From contig JBOZIK010000001.1 in NCBI GenBank assembly GCA_051453625.1, positions 11,510,080 through 11,564,762 on the forward strand: a stretch of 54,683 nucleotides of DNA, given 5' to 3'. Origin of the DNA: Welwitschia mirabilis. Its lineage: Eukaryota. The notes under the pieces are model-generated. The model saw nothing but the letters and a program-made list of their open reading frames with translations. It ran no database searches and was not told the origin of the DNA. The translations under genes were made by a program, and so were the position numbers. Below, piece by piece: positions 13,162-26,334 of the stretch. Position 1 is the stretch's first letter, and each line of letters opens with the position of its first letter.

Positions 13162-15300
13162 ATGAATAGTAATAGAAGGATCATTGTGGAACTTCTTTTT
13201 GAAAGGAGAAAAAACTTGCAAAACACTAAGGAAAATGGTAAGAAAACACTTCGAGAAATTTTTATTGAAAGAGGGAGACCATCATAGAATAATGTTGAAA
13301 ATAGAAATTAGACCCCTTCTTCTTTTCAATCTTCTTATTTTTTCTTCTCTTCTTTTCAAACCTCATATAAACATGATGATGAAGATTCTCCATAATTTAG
13401 GATTCCACCTCATTTAGATAAACCTTTTACAATCATTTTTATCAATCCCAATCATCTTCCATGCATTACTACAAAGAAGAACCATCTTCTGTCAACTACT
13501 ATGAAGAAGAAAAAGATCCATTAAAAGAAATGATTAATGAAATAAATAAGAACCAAGAAAACACTAATAAGAACTTAGAAAAATTAGTTAAACTCTTGCA
13601 ACAATTACTCTTACATATTTAAGAATCTTTTACAACTCAACATCCTCTCAACTATCCTCCTTCATCCTATCTTGAGAAAAATGAAGAAAACTTAGAAACA
13701 AATGATGATGATTCTTTCTTTTAATTTGAATATGAAATTTTGGATCCAACTTCAACATCCTACTCTTTAGGAGATGAGCAAAGAAAAGTTAATAATAACT
13801 TAACCCAATCTTTCAACAATTAGGACAAGGATGAACATTTAATACATGTTGATTGGGATGAGAAATCCATTCATGAATAATTTGAGAATTTTTCAATCAA
13901 TAATGAAGATGATGCTTTTTTTGTTAATAATATTTTTGCTGAATTTAATAATTTAGAGAATGAATGCACTATTCAACATACAAAAGGAGATGTAGTCACC
14001 AATAATAATTAGAATAGTGAAGTAATAATCCAAAAAAAAAAAAATGATAAAGACAATAGTGAAGAAACTAAATACAATGAAGGACCCCTAAAGATTCATT
14101 CAAATTTCATAGAGGATAGACTTGTTCTTTCTATTGATACTTCTACATACTTTCACTTATGCTTTCATGTACAAATTAAAATCATATCCTTCCCTTCACT
14201 CCTCCTTACACTTCTACTTCCACCTTCATGTTACGTCATGACCTTGATAATGATAACCTTTCTCCATCTCTTCCAATTACATCTTCATATAATTCTCAAG
14301 GCCATGTTCCTTTCCTTGACTCTTATAACATCCATCATTTCAAAGAGTCTATTTCTCCTATTTCTTAATCTCTTTCTTTTAAATATTCATGTAATCCTCA
14401 AAGCAAGAATCTTCCTTTTCTATCAAGTCCACTTTATTAGGTGCTTTTAATGATTATTATTTTCAAAAGTTTAACTTGAAATATCTTGGAATTTTAAATT
14501 GGAGTAAGCCTTAGCTTCTTAATGATAACCCATGCTTAGAGTTAAATCTTAAGAAGCCTTTTAATCTTATTCAACATTCTAAAAAGATCTTAAAAACTTT
14601 TTGGCTCCATTCTTTGAGTAGTACCTTGAATGAATTATATAATGATACTCATGCTTTACATTTTTTTCATAAGAGATTATTTGTCAATGCAGTTTATCAC
14701 TTTTTTATCTCTTATTTAGATTTTGAAAATTGTGCTATCAAAGTTTTATCATTTTTCTTTATTTATTTCCAATTGATTTTACTTCATAATGATTGCATAC
14801 CTTTTATGCTTTATCAATTGATTTCTATCTGGTCTAGCCCTTATTTTCCCAAAAAATACAATACCTGAGTGCACTTTTTAATAAGTAGTTGAACTTCTCA
14901 ATGATTAGGTCCTTATCTTTTAGCAAAAATACATCTTTAAATGGTCTGTTAAAACTTTCAACCCAAACACTTGGGAAATTTAGAAGTTAATAGATAAAAG
15001 ATTGAACATCATTAAAATATTTATTGATTAATTTTAAATATGACAGCATCCCTTGTGTGGAATTTTCCTCCTGCCATTATCTAAATTTTTCCTTAGATGA
15101 TTCTTTTAATAAATGTCATACTATCACTTAAATATCTTTTACTTCACTAATCATTTACTTTATGAAGTTATCATAATTCGTAAATATTTTACTTGGGCAT
15201 TTTAAATGATAAGATTGGCTTCATCCAATCTTCAGACATTATTATGTATATGAACTTCATTTTAAAGGAAGATGCCTTGGTTCTTTTGTTTTCTTTTAAT
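13162..15300 (+). pseudogene. Degraded internal ORF of B: gag N- and C-terminal remnants followed by unrecognised sequence
   Basis: MNSNRRIIVELLFERRKNLQNTKENGKKTLREIF, then DPLKEMINEINKNQENTNKNLEKLVKLLQQ (~13516-13605; resembles H gag DPLRNSIRELRKTQEKTNANIKNLVNILQQ), then D/E/N-rich and hydrophobic stretches. Confidence 0.5.
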
Positions 15301-17880
15301 GATGTGAGTAATTAGTTATTCTAGCACGTTCTTCCTTGTTATTTATCTCCTTCCTTCATTTTATCCTTATGAGTATTTTGTCATGTGGAATTTATTTATA
15401 ATTTAAATAAATAACTAAATACAATCATGCTCTTTCATGTTATATCTTAAAACATGGCCCCTATGATGTCCTACCGCAAGCGCAGTAGGGAAAATATTTC
15501 CAAAAGAAGCCTTTGGTAGTGCAATATGGTAGCCGTGGGAACTTCACTAAGGTGTTAGTTGGCCATGCTATGTGGGTCCTTACTCCTCTGATAGTCGTTT
15601 CCCTCATCTCATCATGGTAGAATACAATTGCACTTAGAGGCTACGAGATCAGTGATGTCCTTGGTGTCATTAGAGGCATTGATTATTTTCTAGACTTATT
15701 TTTTCTTATTTATAGTACTTCCATATGATTACTTTACTTTTTTGGATTCTAGTGTTGTTTTTGAGATAATAGCTTATAATTTCCTATTTTAATAGATTTT
15801 TATCTTATTATTCATTTTTTTATAACATTAGACGTGCTTGACATTATTATAATCATTACCTATTCGAGTTGAACTTTATAAATTTTTACATTATGTCATG
15901 CATCATTATCAGTTAATTTTATGATTGTTGTCAAGGGGCTTTGCTAGGGTGGAATTTTAGGTAGATAAGCAATCTTCTTCATGTTCCTAGTTGTCCATTT
16001 TTCTTATGTTTTTCTTAGTTGTTTTGTTTGGGGTTTTCAAAGTCATTATAGTATCTTTTTCCATATTATAATTAGGACTTAATCATTTGATAGCTTTCTA
16101 GTTGTCTTTCTATTTTTCCTCATAAGTCTTCTTTATAAGGGTTGTTGTTTTTCTTTTAAGAACTTTATTTTGATGCCTTCCTTTTACTTTGATTGATGTG
16201 TTCCTTTTCTTTTATGATAATGTTTTTCTATTTGGTTTTTAGTTTTGCATACATCCACTTACTGATCTTGAGTCCTCATAGAGTTTGAAATACATTTGTG
16301 GAATACTTCTAAGCCTTGCCTTCATCTACTTAATGCATTCTTATTTCTCATAAGCCTCTTTTACCATGGTCATGTTTTTCTAGATATTTCTTCACTTTTT
16401 ATCATCTTTCTATTTTTCTTTTGCTTTTATACTACTTACTTGCTATTAAACTCTTTTATATTTTTCTTGATCTATCCAAACATCTCATTTGAACACTATT
16501 GTCTTATGTCTATTATTCTCATAATAGATATGACGATAGTCATCCTTTTTACTTTATATAATTGAGGATGTCTTGCTTTTCTTATGGGAGGAGGAGGGGT
16601 GCAGAACACCTCTCCAATCTTTCTTATGTGATATTATGCAAAAATCTATAATTTTTAAATTTTAAAGAATCACTTTGAGCTTTCATGATACATATTTATG
16701 AATGAGTTGTTTTGATATTATTTCATGTTACTTGAATACATTTCATGGAATTTATTTAGCAGGAGCATCATAGAATAATCATTAATCTTCTAAACATCTA
16801 TGTTTTAGATCATCTAAAAGATAATAATGCCATGATTACTCTTTTATCTTGACCTTGTTGATAACATTAATGAAATTTTCATGCATCATTCTTTGAGATT
16901 ATTGCTGCTTAAGCTTCGACATCAGTTTCAACATTATTTTCTTGATTTATGCATATACATTATCATTTTCTAGACTATAATTTGTACATTCTATGATTTG
17001 TTTATGTGTATGACATTTATTTGGTCTATTGTGATGTATTTAAGTANNNNNNNNNNNNNNNNNNNNNNNNNNNNNNNNNNNNNNNNNNNNNNNNNNNNNN
17101 NNNNNNNNNNNNNNNNNNNNNNNNNNNNNNNNNNNNNNNNNNNNNNNNNNNNNNNNNNNNNNNNNNNNNNNNNNNNNNNNNNNNNNNNNNNNNNNNNNNN
17201 NNNNNNNNNNNNNNNNNNNNNNNNNNNNNNNNNNNNNNNNNNNNNNNNNNNNNNNNNNNNNNNNNNNNNNNNNNNNNNNNNNNNNNNNNNNNNNNNNNNN
17301 NNNNNNNNNNNNNNNNNNNNNNNNNNNNNNNNNNNNNNNNNNNNNNNNNNNNNNNNNNNNNNNNNNNNNNNNNNNNNNNNNNNNNNNNNNNNNNNNNNNN
17401 NNNNNNNNNNNNNNNNNNNNNNNNNNNNNNNNNNNNNNNNNNNNNNNNNNNNNNNNNNNNNNNNNNNNNNNNNNNNNNNNNNNNNNNNNNNNNNNNNNNN
17501 NNNNNNNNNNNNNNNNNNNNNNNNNNNNNNNNNNNNNNNNNNNNNNNNNNNNNNNNNNNNNNNNNNNNNNNNNNNNNNNNNNNNNNNNNNNNNNNNNNNN
17601 NNNNNNNNNNNNNNNNNNNNNNNNNNNNNNNNNNNNNNNNNNNNNNNNNNNNNNNNNNNNNNNNNNNNNNNNNNNNNNNNNNNNNNNNNNNNNNNNNNNN
17701 NNNNNNNNNNNNNNNNNNNNNNNNNNNNNNNNNNNNNNNNNNNNNNNNNNNNNNNNNNNNNNNNNNNNNNNNNNNNNNNNNNNNNNNNNNNNNNNNNNNN
17801 NNNNNNNNNNNNNNNNNNNNNNNNNNNNNNNNNNNNNNNNNNNNNNNNNNNNNNNNNNNNNNNNNNNNNNNNNNNNNNNN

Positions 17881-19165
17881 ATAGGTTTGGATGTAATTAT
17901 ACTAATTATGGAGAGTCAATAGGATAATCACGGAAACACATGATTCTTAGCATAATTGAAGGCATTTCAAGCATGTTTTGATACTTAGCATGTTGAAGAG
18001 AGACTAATGATGAAGAAGGCTGATTTGCTTTACCTAAAAAGCTTTGGAAGGGTGTCGTCCCCACTATCATCCCCATAATAAAGGGGACAACAACACTATA
18101 TTTACCTACTACAATAATGATTTGGACTAGAGCTTGGAGTCAACAAAGCAGCTTTTCAGGAGAGGTGTCATCTCCATTATCATCCAAATAACATAAGGAA
18201 TGATGATATATATAGAGCTAACTATGGGGCTGATTACAGAGTTGGAAGAATATTACTTATTTATTGTTAAAGGGCATTATTCCTAGTGTCATCTCCATGA
18301 TAGTCAGGATGACAACTATTTTATACAAGTGGGGTTAAATTATCTTGTAATGGTTCATGCACCCCATTTGGGCTACTAGGGTTAGGGTTACATTTCTAGA
18401 ACTTTCAATGTAAAACTATAAATACCGCCCTTATCCTTACTTCCAAACCATCTTTTGTACTTGATATGCTTGTAACAGAAGATTGAAGGATAAGAGGTCC
18501 ATCCAGTAGCTACAGAAAGGGATTTCTTTGGTGTTAAGCTCAGTCTCTTCCATTGAAGTGCTATTATTCTATTATAAGTGGATGTAAAGTTCTTTGAATT
18601 AATACAATTACTCTTTTCATTCCAATTCTATGAATGTCCCTTATAATTTAAGTTAGTCATAGTTAAGTAATGGTTCTGTGGTTTATTTAGATCATAAGGG
18701 CAACCTTTGTTAAGATTGAACTTGGTTAATATTATATTTACACTGCTATTCCATTTCAATTCCATATTGCATATTGCATATTTTACTTGGTTTACCTCAT
18801 AATTCACATTGGTTAGTAACTAGTGAGGAACTCTTCTTAATTGACTTGAATTATAGAGAGCTAATTCTTATGATAGAAGAAATAGGATCGAAGTAGAATC
18901 CATTTCATTTCCATTTCCATTCACTAAATTTCATCTCCATTAATTTTTTATTGCATTTACTTTATTATTTACTTTTAGTTATTAAAATATAAAAGACTAA
19001 AAATACCTTTGGAAATCAATTCTCTAACTCTATGCCTAGTGCCTTCATTGGAATTACGACACTTAGGTGAACTCTCGTCTATACTAGTGTGTGTCTTTCT
19101 AAAAGTTATTTGATTTATAGGTTTACCTAAAGGACTTCAATATTGTATAAATTCACATAACAACA
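17881..19165 (+). repeat. 3' LTR of B (first ~60 bp hidden in N gap 17047-17880)
   Basis: Direct repeat of 11110-12375; ends CACATAACAACA. Confidence 0.9.
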
Positions 19166-20150
19166 CTTTTCTTTCAAAACCTTAAAAGCTTTCTCATAGG
19201 CATAACTCCATGTAAATGATTCTATCACTTTTTAACTATTTATAAAAGGGCTTTACAATGAATAATTGATAGTATCTAGCATGTCCTAGAAAATCTCTTA
19301 ATGTTTTAACATTTATTAGTATTGATAATAATGTGATAAATTAAAGTTTCTTAGGATTGATAGTTATTTTGATTTACAACACAACATGTTCTAAAACAAT
19401 TCCACTTTTAACCATGAAGTGAATTTTTTTCCCAACTTAGTTTTAAATCCTTTTTGATAACTCATGATTAAAGTTTGAATTTATTCTAGAGTTTAATCAA
19501 AGAGATCATTCTATACTAAAATTCATTAATATAAATTTCTATGAATTCTTGTAGCATATTAGAAAAGATTAACATCATGGATTTTTGAAAAGTAGGAAGT
19601 GCATTACATAATCAAAAAGTGAATTCTTTAGTAGGTAAAAGTTTTAAATAATGAAGTAAATGTTTTTTGTTAATAATATTCAAGTGTTATGACAATTTAA
19701 TTGTAATCACTAAATCCATCTAGGAAGCAATAATATTCATGTTCTAAAATTTTGTGACGATTTGATTAATGTATAATATGGAAAAGTGGTTTTTATTGTA
19801 TGTTTGTTTAGTTTTCTAAAACTAATACAAACTTACAATTTACCATTCTTATTGAGTACTACTATAATTGGGCTTATCTAATCATTATCTAATATATGAT
19901 ATATAATACATTATTTTCATAATTTATGGACCTCATTCTTCACTAACTTTCATAATGTAGGGTTTAATTATTGAATGGGGTTGCATAACTAGTTTTATTT
20001 TTCTTAAAAAAAAATAAATATTGTACATCATTGAGGTTGATGAAATTTCTTTTCTTTTTGAATATCTTTATGTGACCATAAACAATCTCCTTCATTTTGC
20101 TTAAGCATTGGACTTAATTATTTCTTGTGTTTAGGATTTAGATCATTGCT
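19166..20150 (-). pseudogene. pol: Reverse transcriptase remnant of element C
   Basis: LSWEK..HFMVKSGIVLEHVV (~19380-19440; Athila LNWEKCHFMVKEGIVLGH), FLGHARYYQLFI (~19255-19292), YEKAFKVLKEK at the B junction. Confidence 0.85.
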
Positions 20151-20499
20151 AATGATTAGTGACTTATTTTTTCCTACATCTATAAAAATGTACTTTAAGT
20201 GGATAGTAGATCCTAATTTAAGTGGATAGTAGATCCTTAAGTTCTAATATTTCTTAAAATCCATTTTTTATGATGATGTTCTGATTGCTCTTTGGTCTAA
20301 AACATATTGATTCTTTAATTTTTGTGGCTTTCTCATGTTTATCATCTATGTCTAAAAGGTTTTCACACTTATTTTTAAATAATAATTGAAGGTGATATTT
20401 AATAAGAATGTATTTGGAAGCTATATCAACAAATTTTAATTCCTCTATCTGTTGTCCTTCTTCTTTACATTTAGAATGATTGAAAATATTCATATTTAT

Positions 20500-22600
20500 C
20501 TTTAGATTTATAAATGTAAATTGTATAATCTAGTGCAGCAATATGGTATAACATTTGTCATTGTGAATCAAGGTTTGTAAAAAATAATTAAAAAAAACTT
20601 CTTAGTAATATCCATGATTATAAAATCTATAGGGTATAATACTTAGGCTACTTAAACTAATATACTTTCAGTGATCCTTTTTGGATTTATAGTAGAATCA
20701 TTTTCTAATGAGAAAGTCATTTTGATTTTAGAAAATTCTATTAAACTCAAATTATTTCATAAATAAGTAGGTACAATATTAATACTTGCACCTAAATCCA
20801 ACAAGGCATGAGAAGTTCTCTTTTCATTAATAATTACTAAAATTATTGGTAATTTAGAATCCTTTGTATGTAGGTTAAATATTATTTTTCATCATTTGAG
20901 TTCTATTCTCCATCAAGTGAACTTCTGAGGGGACATATATTTTTTGCTTATTCAAATAAAGATCCTTGATATATTTAGAGTAAATAGGGATATCTCTAAT
21001 AGTTTGTGTTAAAGATATTTTTAACTTCATCTATTATAAAGTTTGATTAAGATTCTTATGATTATTGATTTTCTCTTTTAGTGTTTTTTAAAAAGGTGGT
21101 TATGGAGTTGGTTTTTTAAGAATTTAGTTAGAATAGAAGTAGATTGATTGTTTTCTTTAGATATTTTCACTAGTTTGGATTTTTTCTGAGTATTCATATT
21201 TTAGTTGTTTTTTTCCTTTTTAACTTTTTATTTTATCAAATTTTTATTTTTCTTCTTTAAATGTTGGGTACTTGTTACTATTTCAAAGTTCTTTTCACTT
21301 TGAGCCATTACTAATTGAGCTTTTTCATGACATTTATTAATAGAATTTGATTTTTCTTATCATAATGCTCTTAGTTTTTGTTCTTGTATAAATTATGTGA
21401 GAATTTACTCCATGTTTGTAAGATGTTCATTCATTAAATCTATTTTCTTCTTGATATCTTAAGTCATGGTATATTCTTGATAAAATTGCCTAAATCTAAA
21501 ATGTCCTTTATCATCTTGATATGGATTATTAGAACTTATGGTTTGTGAATATTTAATGAGTAGGATGATCTTTGTTAACAATTAGGATATTCTTATCATT
21601 ATGGTATTTGATTATTAAAAGGGTTAAATTGTGAAGTTAAAATCCTAGTTAAAGGAGCTAAAGAAGTATTGCCTTAAAATACTACTACCATTTCTTTTAT
21701 AATATCAAGTGTGTATTTCTAAACTCTACAAGCTTGAAGTTGATGTTCTATTTGTTTACAAAGAACACATGACTTAGACTTCCTGATAGTTATTAGAGTT
21801 AACTTAGGATGAATTTGAGGTGTAATAGTTTGAGTAGATTATGATGTTACTATAGTTCATTACTATATCTAATGTTTATGGTAAAGAAGATAATTGAGAT
21901 TGTTAAATCATCAATAAATTCATTAGATTTTGCATAATTTCTTCCATCTTTTTAACCATTATTGTTTGTTAAGCAAAGGGAGCTTGTTTAATGAGCTTGA
22001 TTGGCATTTTTTTTTTCTTTCATCAATGAATTCTTTTAATATTGTAAATGCTTTTTTAAGTATTTTTTAAGTATATTACTACATATTGATACTTGTACAT
22101 ACTAACTTACATATTTATCCAATTATTTAATAAATATTTAGAGAAGTTGGTATGAGGAAAATCCATGATGAGGATTTCTTTGACATAGTATAAAAAACCT
22201 TTTATAAGTTCTCTCATAGTTCTTTCTTTTGTTTTGATTATTAGAAATCCATTAATTACTTCCCAGAGTATGTAACTTATCATCAAAAAGGAATTTCCTC
22301 ATAAGAAATTTTTAAATTCATTTAAAGATGTAATTGAATTTTGTATAGTATATATTCAAAAGTTAGCTTTATCTTTTAAAGTAATCCCAAAGATACTCAT
22401 TTTGTTTTTCAACACCTGTAGGTGCTGATAGTCCCATCATATTTTCAAATTCAATTAAAACTATCATTAGATCCTATCATTAGTACCATGTAATGAAGAT
22501 AAGGGTAACACATTTTAAACTTTCACATCTAGTTATAGTAAGATCCCTCATAGATTTTTCCATATTGTAAGTTGAGATCCTTCAATGTTTAACTAGGTTG
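20500..22600 (-). pseudogene. gag-pol: gag-protease remnant of element C
   Basis: Protease active site HALLDLGASINIVP (~20770-20810); gag motif KMSIFGITLKDKANF*IYTIQNSITSLNEF (~22315-22403). Confidence 0.85.
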
Positions 22601-24912
22601 GATTAAGTTGTTTACACTAACTATTCTAAAGTTTCAAAAATAAAATTGATCTGCTAGAGAAGTTCTAATTTTATTTGATTATATAGTTTATGAGATCATT
22701 ATTTGTCCTATCTATGAACTAGAATTAAAATGTAGTACACTTCAAAATGGATTTAAAGGTAATTGGTATGTTATGAAAGAAAATTAGAATTAGCTCTAGT
22801 GAATGATAATGTTGAAAAATGCACCTATTATTATAACTTATCTACTTAAGTTATAGGTCGACTCTAATTTGTTTGTAATGTATAAATTATAGGAGTTTCC
22901 ATAGATCTTATTAATAGAAATGAAGATGCAGTCACATGACATGGAGTTGCATTTAAGGAATAAATTTATTGCTTTTTAGATTAGATAAGGTTTTAACATT
23001 TGCTATCATAAATATAGATCTCTCATTTAAGTTTTGAATTATCTATTAATTAGAGTAGATGGTTTGCATTCCATTACTTTACTTAACTAAATATATATTT
23101 ATTTCTTACATTTCAGCAATTCTTGAATTTAGAGGTTTTCACAAGATTGTTGAAATTCCTTACTTTTGTTGTTATGATGTTGGACCATAAGCTTGTTTTT
23201 CTTGTTTCTTCCTTCTTGAATTAAGTTTAATACTTTTCCTTACATAAGATTATCCGATTAGAGGATAAGATAAAGATGCCTATTGATTGGTTGCATATAA
23301 GGAATTTTCTATAATATTTGCATCCTTAGTTGCTTCCTCTGGAGTTGTGAAACTACTTCATGATTCTTTAGTTATATTTTCTTAAAAAGTTTTAAAGTTG
23401 AACAAGTATTAGGGTTGGATAAAAGTAAGTTCTAATAAATCCTCATTTGGATGAAACCTTACTTTGGCTAAATGTTTCTTAGTAAAACATAATATCCTTA
23501 AATTTGATGCTATTCTAAAAGGAATATTCTTAGGATTAATACTTATTTAAAAACTTGGGAGTAATAAGATATTTTAGATCTTCTTTATGCAACTTATTAA
23601 ATCCCTTAGTTGAATTAAATCTTATAGGGCTATCTTATATTACTTAGAAATTGTCATTGTGGAAATTGAATAAGAATTTTATTTGATCTTTTGGTTGCAA
23701 GGTAGTTTTTGCAATATTTTTCTAATTTCAAAAATATCATTGTAAATACATGGATCTAGTAGAGATGTTTCCTTTACCTAAATGTTATTATTAATTAAAA
23801 TTAATTATTTCCTTATGAAGTTAAGGATTGGATAATGAACATTGTAAGTGATACGAATAAGGATTCCTAACTCATTTATTCAAGTGATGTATAAACACTC
23901 ATTAATTAAAATTCACTTTAAACTTAAAATAATGCACTTCTAACTTTAAGTATGTATAATTGATAAATTAAAATAAAAAATTATTTCAAATTCACTTTTT
24001 AAAATGGAAAATCAAGAAAATAAAACATAACTTTCCTAAATCTAATGAATTAAACAAATTCTTTTATTTTATAAAACAACTTATTTTAATTTATAAATTT
24101 TTAAATGAAAATATAATATTAGTAATTTCTTTGAAATTCAAAATTATTTCAAATAAAAATTTCTTTCAAAAGAAACTAATGTTTTTCTCTCATGAATGTA
24201 CTATATTTTTATTTATGAAATAACTCTTCTTTCTATGAAAGGGAATGGGCTTTTGAAGTAATAATTTCAGAAAACACCATGAATTTCTTAATGTAAATTC
24301 AAATTATAAGTTCTTTTTTTAATATAATACAAAATTTTATGGTACTTACCTATATCTTGACATCTCAGGAAAATATTCCATCTATAAGGCTTTAAGCTTT
24401 TCTCCTTTAATTTGTTTCTTGCTTAGTTGTTTTAATTGTTTTTCATAGTATACCTTAAAAAATAAAAATACATGAGTATTTTTGTTAATTGTAACTTAAT
24501 TAAAAGAATGATAAACAAGATTAAACTTTAAAAATAACTTGACATTAAAGGAAACTAGGGAAAAAATGTTTTAAACATATTTTTATGAAAGAAATTATAG
24601 AAAGAAATTGCATCAAAGAATAAGTTATAAAGTAAATTTTAATAGAAGATACATAGAACTAAGTAATGAAATTTAAAAAAAAAATTTTAAAGAGTATTCT
24701 AACTAAGTTTAAAAGAAAATATTCAATAGATAATTAGAAAGAAATGTACAAAACAATTAATAAATACATGGAAAAATAAGTGCAAGCAAATAAAAAAACA
24801 ATAGGAGAAGAAATGAAATATTACATAATTCAATAGAAATTCAATAAAAAAATTTATAAATTTAAATAAAAAGAGTACTTAACTTATTTAAAGAACTTAA
24901 ATTATCGATTCT

Positions 24913-24930
24913 TCCCCAAAAATGACACCA
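24913..24930 (-). promoter_or_regulatory. Primer-binding site of C (tRNA-Asp type, decayed)
   Basis: - strand TGGTGTCATTTTTGGGGA next to an LTR end ...CTCATCA. Confidence 0.7.
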
Positions 24931-24935
24931 AAATG

Positions 24936-26334
24936 TGATGAGAAGTGAGAAGCTAGCTGATCTAATCATAACTAGCCTTATCATATCCCAGGAAGCTTTA
25001 GGATGTGGATTCAACATAATAAAAACAAGGCTTAATTTACCACATATTTCTAATTTATTTTCCTAAGTAATAAATGAAATATCTTAACTTGCAAAATAAT
25101 CATCTTGGTAAATAAAAAAAGAAATACTTGATTTCAACTTAAATATGCACATAAAAGAAAAGACGAATGATATTGATTTTATAATGCTAATATTTTATCA
25201 ACCCATTAATAATGAATTAAAGAATCATGAAAAAGCTTTGAAATTGATTTTTAATAAATATGTGATTTATTCACATATTACATAATAAAATAAAAGATCA
25301 ATTTATACTAGAAATTATATTGTCCATTAAACTAGTTATATGCATGGAAATTAATATGAAAATGAAGAATAGTAAATAAAAACTATGAAATTTAGGTTCA
25401 AATAGATTTGGATAGTTCAATAGAATACTTTAATTCATATATAATACATAAGAAATATAAAAATAAAAAAACTAGAAATTAAAAAACAAACTAAATTAAA
25501 GAATCTGGTTTAGATGCATCATGATAGCACTTTAATAAGAAAGCCTCGAACAGATCACATGTAACGAAACCAAATTGAATATGCACTAAAGAATCTATGA
25601 AATAAATTTATTATTACATATAAAAATAGAATATGATAATAATTGAATAAATTTCACAAGATATTTGCAATGTCCAAACCTCCTTTACAAATAAGAAGGA
25701 GCTATGTTTATAATGAGATTTCATGGGATTATTTAGAAACTTACAATTGAATCCTTATTAAATTAAGTATGATTAGGAAGTATTTGAATAGAAATTAGTA
25801 TAATACTAATTTAATCCTTTGAATATTTATCATTTACTTGAAATTGTGCCTCACATTCTAGATCACTTATCTACAAGATGTATTAAATCTATAATCTTTA
25901 TCATACATTTGTCATAAATAGTGAATACCTATCACATAAGTGACATGTTCACTATATTTCTTTGATGATCATTAATTTTATCTTATTCTAATGTGAGAAA
26001 ATTATAACTAAAACATGCATTATGACTTGTTAGTAGGTGATATTTCATCTTGTCATGTGGATATTAATGAATGATAGCTTTGCAATAACTTTTTATTTAG
26101 TTTCACTATATGTTATTAACTTTAAAATAAATTCTATTTTACTTCTATTGATTATCAATAAATCTCTATTTCATATGGTTTGCAAGGTGATGAATATGCA
26201 AAAATTTATTCATGGGTATATTCTATCACCTATGTTATCACTAGGTTATAGATAACATATAATCCTTAACTAGGTGATAAGAGTTGTAAACTAGAATTAG
26301 TTATTTCTTCTATTACAAGTTTGTAATTCTTATC
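24936..26334 (-). repeat. 5' LTR of C, PBS-proximal part
   Basis: Begins TGATGAG on + beside the PBS; motif TTATCACTAGG(C/T)TATA occurs on both sides of the D insertion (26234, 31016). Confidence 0.6.

Larger units (their letters stand above)
11047..19165 (+). mobile_element. Element B: non-autonomous Athila-type LTR retrotransposon (no capsid, PR, RT, RH or INT motifs visible)
   Basis: Two homologous LTRs, PBS, near-perfect 5-bp TSD (ATTTT 11042-11046 / CTTTT 19166-19170). Removing it restores the host reading frame. Confidence 0.88.
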
